Notes under the pieces: generated by a model | Databases searched by the model: none | Seen by the model: only the letters and a program-made list of their open reading frames with translations | Told to the model about the DNA's origin: nothing | In this document: in pieces, positions 60,505 through 64,000 of the stretch | Layout: every line of letters begins with the position of its first letter | Position numbering within the stretch: position 1 is the stretch's first letter | Assembly: GCA_963707505.1 (NCBI GenBank) | Contig: CAVPQB010000003.1 | Coordinates: 640,001 to 704,000, forward strand | Source of the DNA: an uncultured Gemmatimonadales bacterium | Lineage (GTDB): Bacteria > Gemmatimonadota > Gemmatimonadetes > Gemmatimonadales > Gemmatimonadaceae | Direction of reading: 5' to 3' | Length of the DNA stretch: 64,000 nt | Translations under genes and position numbers: made by a program

Positions 60505-61913
60505 AGCGTGCACTTCTTGCTCTTTGTACCATCGCACTTTCTGCAACGCCAATCTCGACCCGCGCCCAATCGCAACCGGTAATCATTCGTGGTGGGTGGA
60601 TATTCACCGCCACGAGTGACACGGTGGAGCACAACCGCGGAATCTTCATCCGTGCGGGAAAGATCCTTGTCACTGACGGAAACATGGCGGAGGAGGATAC
60701 CACCGGAGCGCGTGTCATCACGTTGTCGAGTGACGAATATGTGCTTCCTGGCATCTTCGACATGCACGCGCACTACAACATGACTCTGGGCGAGGGAGGA
60801 GTCCGGCAGGACGAATACAAGTACAACCCTCTCATCTTCCTCGCAAATGGCGTGACGTCGACATTCCCGGCCGGGGAGTATGACCCGGAAGGAATGATGG
60901 AGACGCGAAAGCGCATCGACAGCAACCAGCAGATCGGGCCGCGGATATACAACTCGGGACCGTACTTCGGCACCGCGCGCCGGGGATGGACTGAGGGAAT
61001 GACACCGGACTCCATCTACAAGGAAGTCGATTTTTGGGCCGCGAATGGAGTCCGCAGCTTCAAGGCGAAGGGGATCTCGCCGCGGGATCTCAGGCCACTC
61101 ATCGAACGGGCGCATCTGCACGGGATAACGGTGACCGCGCACCTGGAATCCGGATTCAAAAACAGCACCAACGCGAAAGATGCGATTCTCATGGGGATCG
61201 ACCGTGTCGAGCACATTCTTGGCGGCGATGAGCTGTCACGCGACAAATCGGCGTATCCGTCGTGGATTCACGTCGACACGGCGTCGCGCGAATTCAAGGA
61301 CATCGTGCAGCTATTCCTGCGGCACCATGTAGTGTTCGATCCTACGATCACGGCACCGGTGTACTTCACGACCGTCGCCGACAAGCCTGGATTCGACTAC
61401 TGGGTGGATGAGCGCAAGTTCTTCACTCCGTACGTACAACAGTGGGTCAAACAACAGCCGCCGAGGAAGGCATTTCCGTTGTTCGATTCGCTGTACTATG
61501 CGATGCGACGTACCACGAAGGCATTTTATGACGCCGGCGGGACGCTCACACTCGGCACCGACAATCCGAGCCGCGGCGAGTATCTCGCCGGCTTCTCGGC
61601 ACACCGCGAGCTGCAGACTCTGGTAGTCTCCGGTATTCCCGCTTCGGCGGCGTTGCGGATCGGAACCATCAATGGTGCCAGAGCGTTGAATGTCGGTTCC
61701 ACGCTCGGCTCCATCGAGGCCGGCAAGCTTGCGGATCTGTTCGTGATTCGCGGAAACCCACTCCGCGACATCACGAATACCCGACACGTTCAGATGGTGA
61801 TGAAGGGCGGCATCGTGTACGACCCTGCCGTGCTGTTGAAGATGGCGGAAGGGAAAATCGGCCCTGCCGGACCGCAGGCGCGGCCAGCGCAGGGATCCCG
61901 TCCGCAGTCCTGA
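60501..61913 (+). CDS. secreted amidohydrolase family protein
   Basis: PGIFDMHAH, GVT, TAH, VEH, LGTD and GSIEAGKLADL; GTGA-coupled to the upstream gene. Confidence 0.9.
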
Positions 61914-62044
61914 TGCGGACACCCTGACCGGACTGATAAGAGTGCGTCGGGAGGGGGCCGTGACGCATGGTCCGCTCCCGATGTATCTGCACCTCTGTGG
62001 CGCCCCGTTGTGGGACCCGGTTAGTTTACAGGAGTACAAAAGTC

Positions 62045-62118
62045 GCGCGCGTAGCTCAGCTGGATAGAGCGTCGGCCTCCGGAGCCGAAGGTCGTGGGTT
62101 CGAATCCCGCCGCGCGCA
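62045..62118 (+). tRNA. tRNA-Arg(CCG)
   Basis: GCGCGCG acceptor stem, TAGCTCAGCTGGATAGAGC D-arm, TCGGC-CTCCGGA-GCCGA anticodon arm, GGTTCGAATCC T-arm; CCA not encoded. Confidence 0.97.
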
Positions 62119-62169
62119 CTGCACCCCCCTTCCACTCGCAGGCTCGAATCCGGCACCCCTCCCCGCCGC

Positions 62170-63114
62170 ATGCCACGCGTCGAACACTGGTCCCAGCTCA
62201 GAATAGGTCTGATCGTCCTCGCCGGCATCATCGCCGCAGTCGCGGCCGTCCTGTCGTTCGCGCGCATCGGCGCGCTGCACGGCAAGACGACGCGGCTCTA
62301 TCTGGTAACGGATATGGCATCCGGAGTCATGAACGGCACCGAGGTCTGGCTCGCCGGCAAGAAGATCGGACTGGTTCGATCCGTGGGATTGAGGCCGCCG
62401 GCATCGGATACCGCAGAGCGCGTTGCGATCGCGATGGACGTGCTCGATCCGTATGTCCGATACATTCGCCGAAACTCCGACGTGCGGATACAACCGGGCG
62501 GAAGATTGATCGGAAGCCCTGTCGTTTATATCGACGTCGGAACTGCGGCTGCGCCCGGAGTCAGCGCCGGCGACACACTGCGCGCCGGTGCGCAGGTTCA
62601 GGCCCGGTCGGGATTGGCGGATGCGTCTTCACTCGGCGACAGTCTGACCGAAATCGCAGCCACCGTATCCACGGTCAAAAGGGAATTTGACTCGACTGCG
62701 AATGATCTGTCCGGATTGGCCAGAATGTCCTCGCGTCAGGCGAACGCGGTGCACGTCGCGCTCGACAATTTCTCTGATCGCGCGCTCGCATCGCGCGGGA
62801 CTCTCGCCGGTTTCGTGCGGGACACGGCGCGCCTGCGCGCGGAAGCATCACGCGTGAGCGCGCTCGCCGATTCCATTGGCATGGCGGCGAACGGGAGTGG
62901 CGAGATCGGCCGATTCCGGCGCGACTCGACGCTCGTCCTGCAGGCTCGGCAAACACTCGCATCCGTTGCTGATCTTCGCCGCAGAGTTGCGCGCTATGCG
63001 GGCCGGTCGGATGAGGGAACGGCGCTCGCGGCGCAACTGGACCGCGCACACGCGCAGCTGGATTCCATCGTGCAGGATGCCAAGAGCCATCCACTTCGAT
63101 ACATCACGTTTTAG
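62170..63114 (+). CDS. MlaD/MCE family protein
   Basis: N-terminal TM; ASGVMNGTEVWLAGKKIGLV; LIG...YIDV..G; helical C-terminus. Confidence 0.85.
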   Translation: MPRVEHWSQLRIGLIVLAGIIAAVAAVLSFARIGALHGKTTRLYLVTDMASGVMNGTEVWLAGKKIGLVRSVGLRPPASDTAERVAIAMDVLDPYVRYIRRNSDVRIQPGGRLIGSPVVYIDVGTAAAPGVSAGDTLRAGAQVQARSGLADASSLGDSLTEIAATVSTVKREFDSTANDLSGLARMSSRQANAVHVALDNFSDRALASRGTLAGFVRDTARLRAEASRVSALADSIGMAANGSGEIGRFRRDSTLVLQARQTLASVADLRRRVARYAGRSDEGTALAAQLDRAHAQLDSIVQDAKSHPLRYITF

Positions 63115-63180
63115 ACGCGCGCTGCGTAAGTCATCAGCGCCATCCAACACACGCACACAACACACGTAAAGCAATTTTTT

Positions 63181-64000
63181 GTGGAAATAGCAGAACTCAA
63201 GCGGCAAACAGTAGCCGAGCTGCACGGCATGGCCGACGGCCTGCAGGTGGAGCACTCGGAAGGCCTTACGAAGCCTGAGCTGATCCTGAAGATTGGCCAG
63301 AGCCTGCTCGATGCCGGTGTATCGCTACATGCCGAGGGCGTGCTGGAGATCCTGCCAGAGGGTTACGGATTTCTCCGCAGCCAGGACTGGAGCTATCTGG
63401 CGGGGCCGGATGATGTGTATGTGTCACCGTCTCAGATCAAGCGCTTCGATCTGCGCACGGGCGACGAGGTATTCGGCGAAGTACGACCGCCGAAGCCGTG
63501 GGAAAAATACCTCGCCCTGCTCCGGGTGGAACAGGTAAATGGACTCGAGCCGGATACTACCAAGACTCGCACGCCATTCGACTCGCTGCGGCCACAATAT
63601 CCCGACACACGCCTTCGCCTGGAAACGGAGGACGGCGACCTCAGCATGCGTGTCGTGGACATCATGGCGCCGATCGGAAAGGGGCAGCGTGGATTGATCG
63701 TTGCGCCGCCACGCGCCGGTAAGACGATCCTGCTCACCAAGATGGCGAACGCAATCTCGGAGAATCATCCAGAGGTGCGGATCATCATGCTGCTGATCGA
63801 CGAACGTCCGGAAGAGGTGACCGAGATCAAGGCAACGGTACCGCGCGCCGAGGTGATCAGCTCGACGTTTGACGAGGGCGCAGCACGGCACGTGCAGGTT
63901 TCCGACATGGTGCTGCAGAAGGCGCGCAGACTGGTGGAGGCAGGCCACGACGTCGTCATACTGCTCGATTCGATCACGCGCTTTGCGCGCGCTCACAACA
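63181..64000 (+). CDS. rho: transcription termination factor Rho (runs off the window end)
   Basis: GTG start; EGVLEILPEGYGFLRS, DDVYVSPSQIKRFDLRTGD, PIGKGQRGLIVAPPRAGKT, LLIDERPEEVT and ILLDSITR. Absent from the ORF track because it has no stop. Confidence 0.96.
   Translation, partial: MEIAELKRQTVAELHGMADGLQVEHSEGLTKPELILKIGQSLLDAGVSLHAEGVLEILPEGYGFLRSQDWSYLAGPDDVYVSPSQIKRFDLRTGDEVFGEVRPPKPWEKYLALLRVEQVNGLEPDTTKTRTPFDSLRPQYPDTRLRLETEDGDLSMRVVDIMAPIGKGQRGLIVAPPRAGKTILLTKMANAISENHPEVRIIMLLIDERPEEVTEIKATVPRAEVISSTFDEGAARHVQVSDMVLQKARRLVEAGHDVVILLDSITRFARAHN

Noticed and set aside
62045..62118. tRNA integration site for the EPS island
   Set aside because: No integrase and no duplicated tRNA 3' end were found in the window.

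Overview
GC-rich bacterial DNA. The gene style suggests Gemmatimonadota, but that is an inference and was not tested. About 5-54.5 kb is one large exosortase/PEP-CTERM-associated exopolysaccharide locus. It holds three PEP-CTERM proteins, exosortase plus EpsI, XrtA-type deacetylase, FemAB-like and AsnB-like genes, a Wzc/SLBB/Wzy-like/Wzx set, a Wzm/Wzt ABC exporter, about 11 glycosyltransferases and many tailoring enzymes (two acyltransferases, two ATP-grasp proteins, GNAT, AAC(3)-like, two methyltransferases, DegT). Housekeeping genes flank it: aspartokinase-homoserine dehydrogenase, DUF1080 and Yip1 on the left; fasciclin, icd, a VPS10-like hydrolase, an amidohydrolase, tRNA-Arg(CCG), MlaD and rho on the right. 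The most notable signals are regulatory. (i) Two c-di-GMP-I riboswitches each head one of a tandem pair of lipoproteins that share a nearly identical ~790 bp domain with one variable patch. (ii) A sigma-54 enhancer-binding protein has lost the phospho-acceptor Asp and conserved Lys of its receiver domain, and there is no kinase in the window. (iii) A recurring TGTTGC-N6-GCAACA palindrome lies next to -24/-12 promoters. An ATP-grasp/LMW-phosphatase fusion and two REP-like palindrome families are also present. About ten single-base frameshifts split genes and are most likely sequencing errors.
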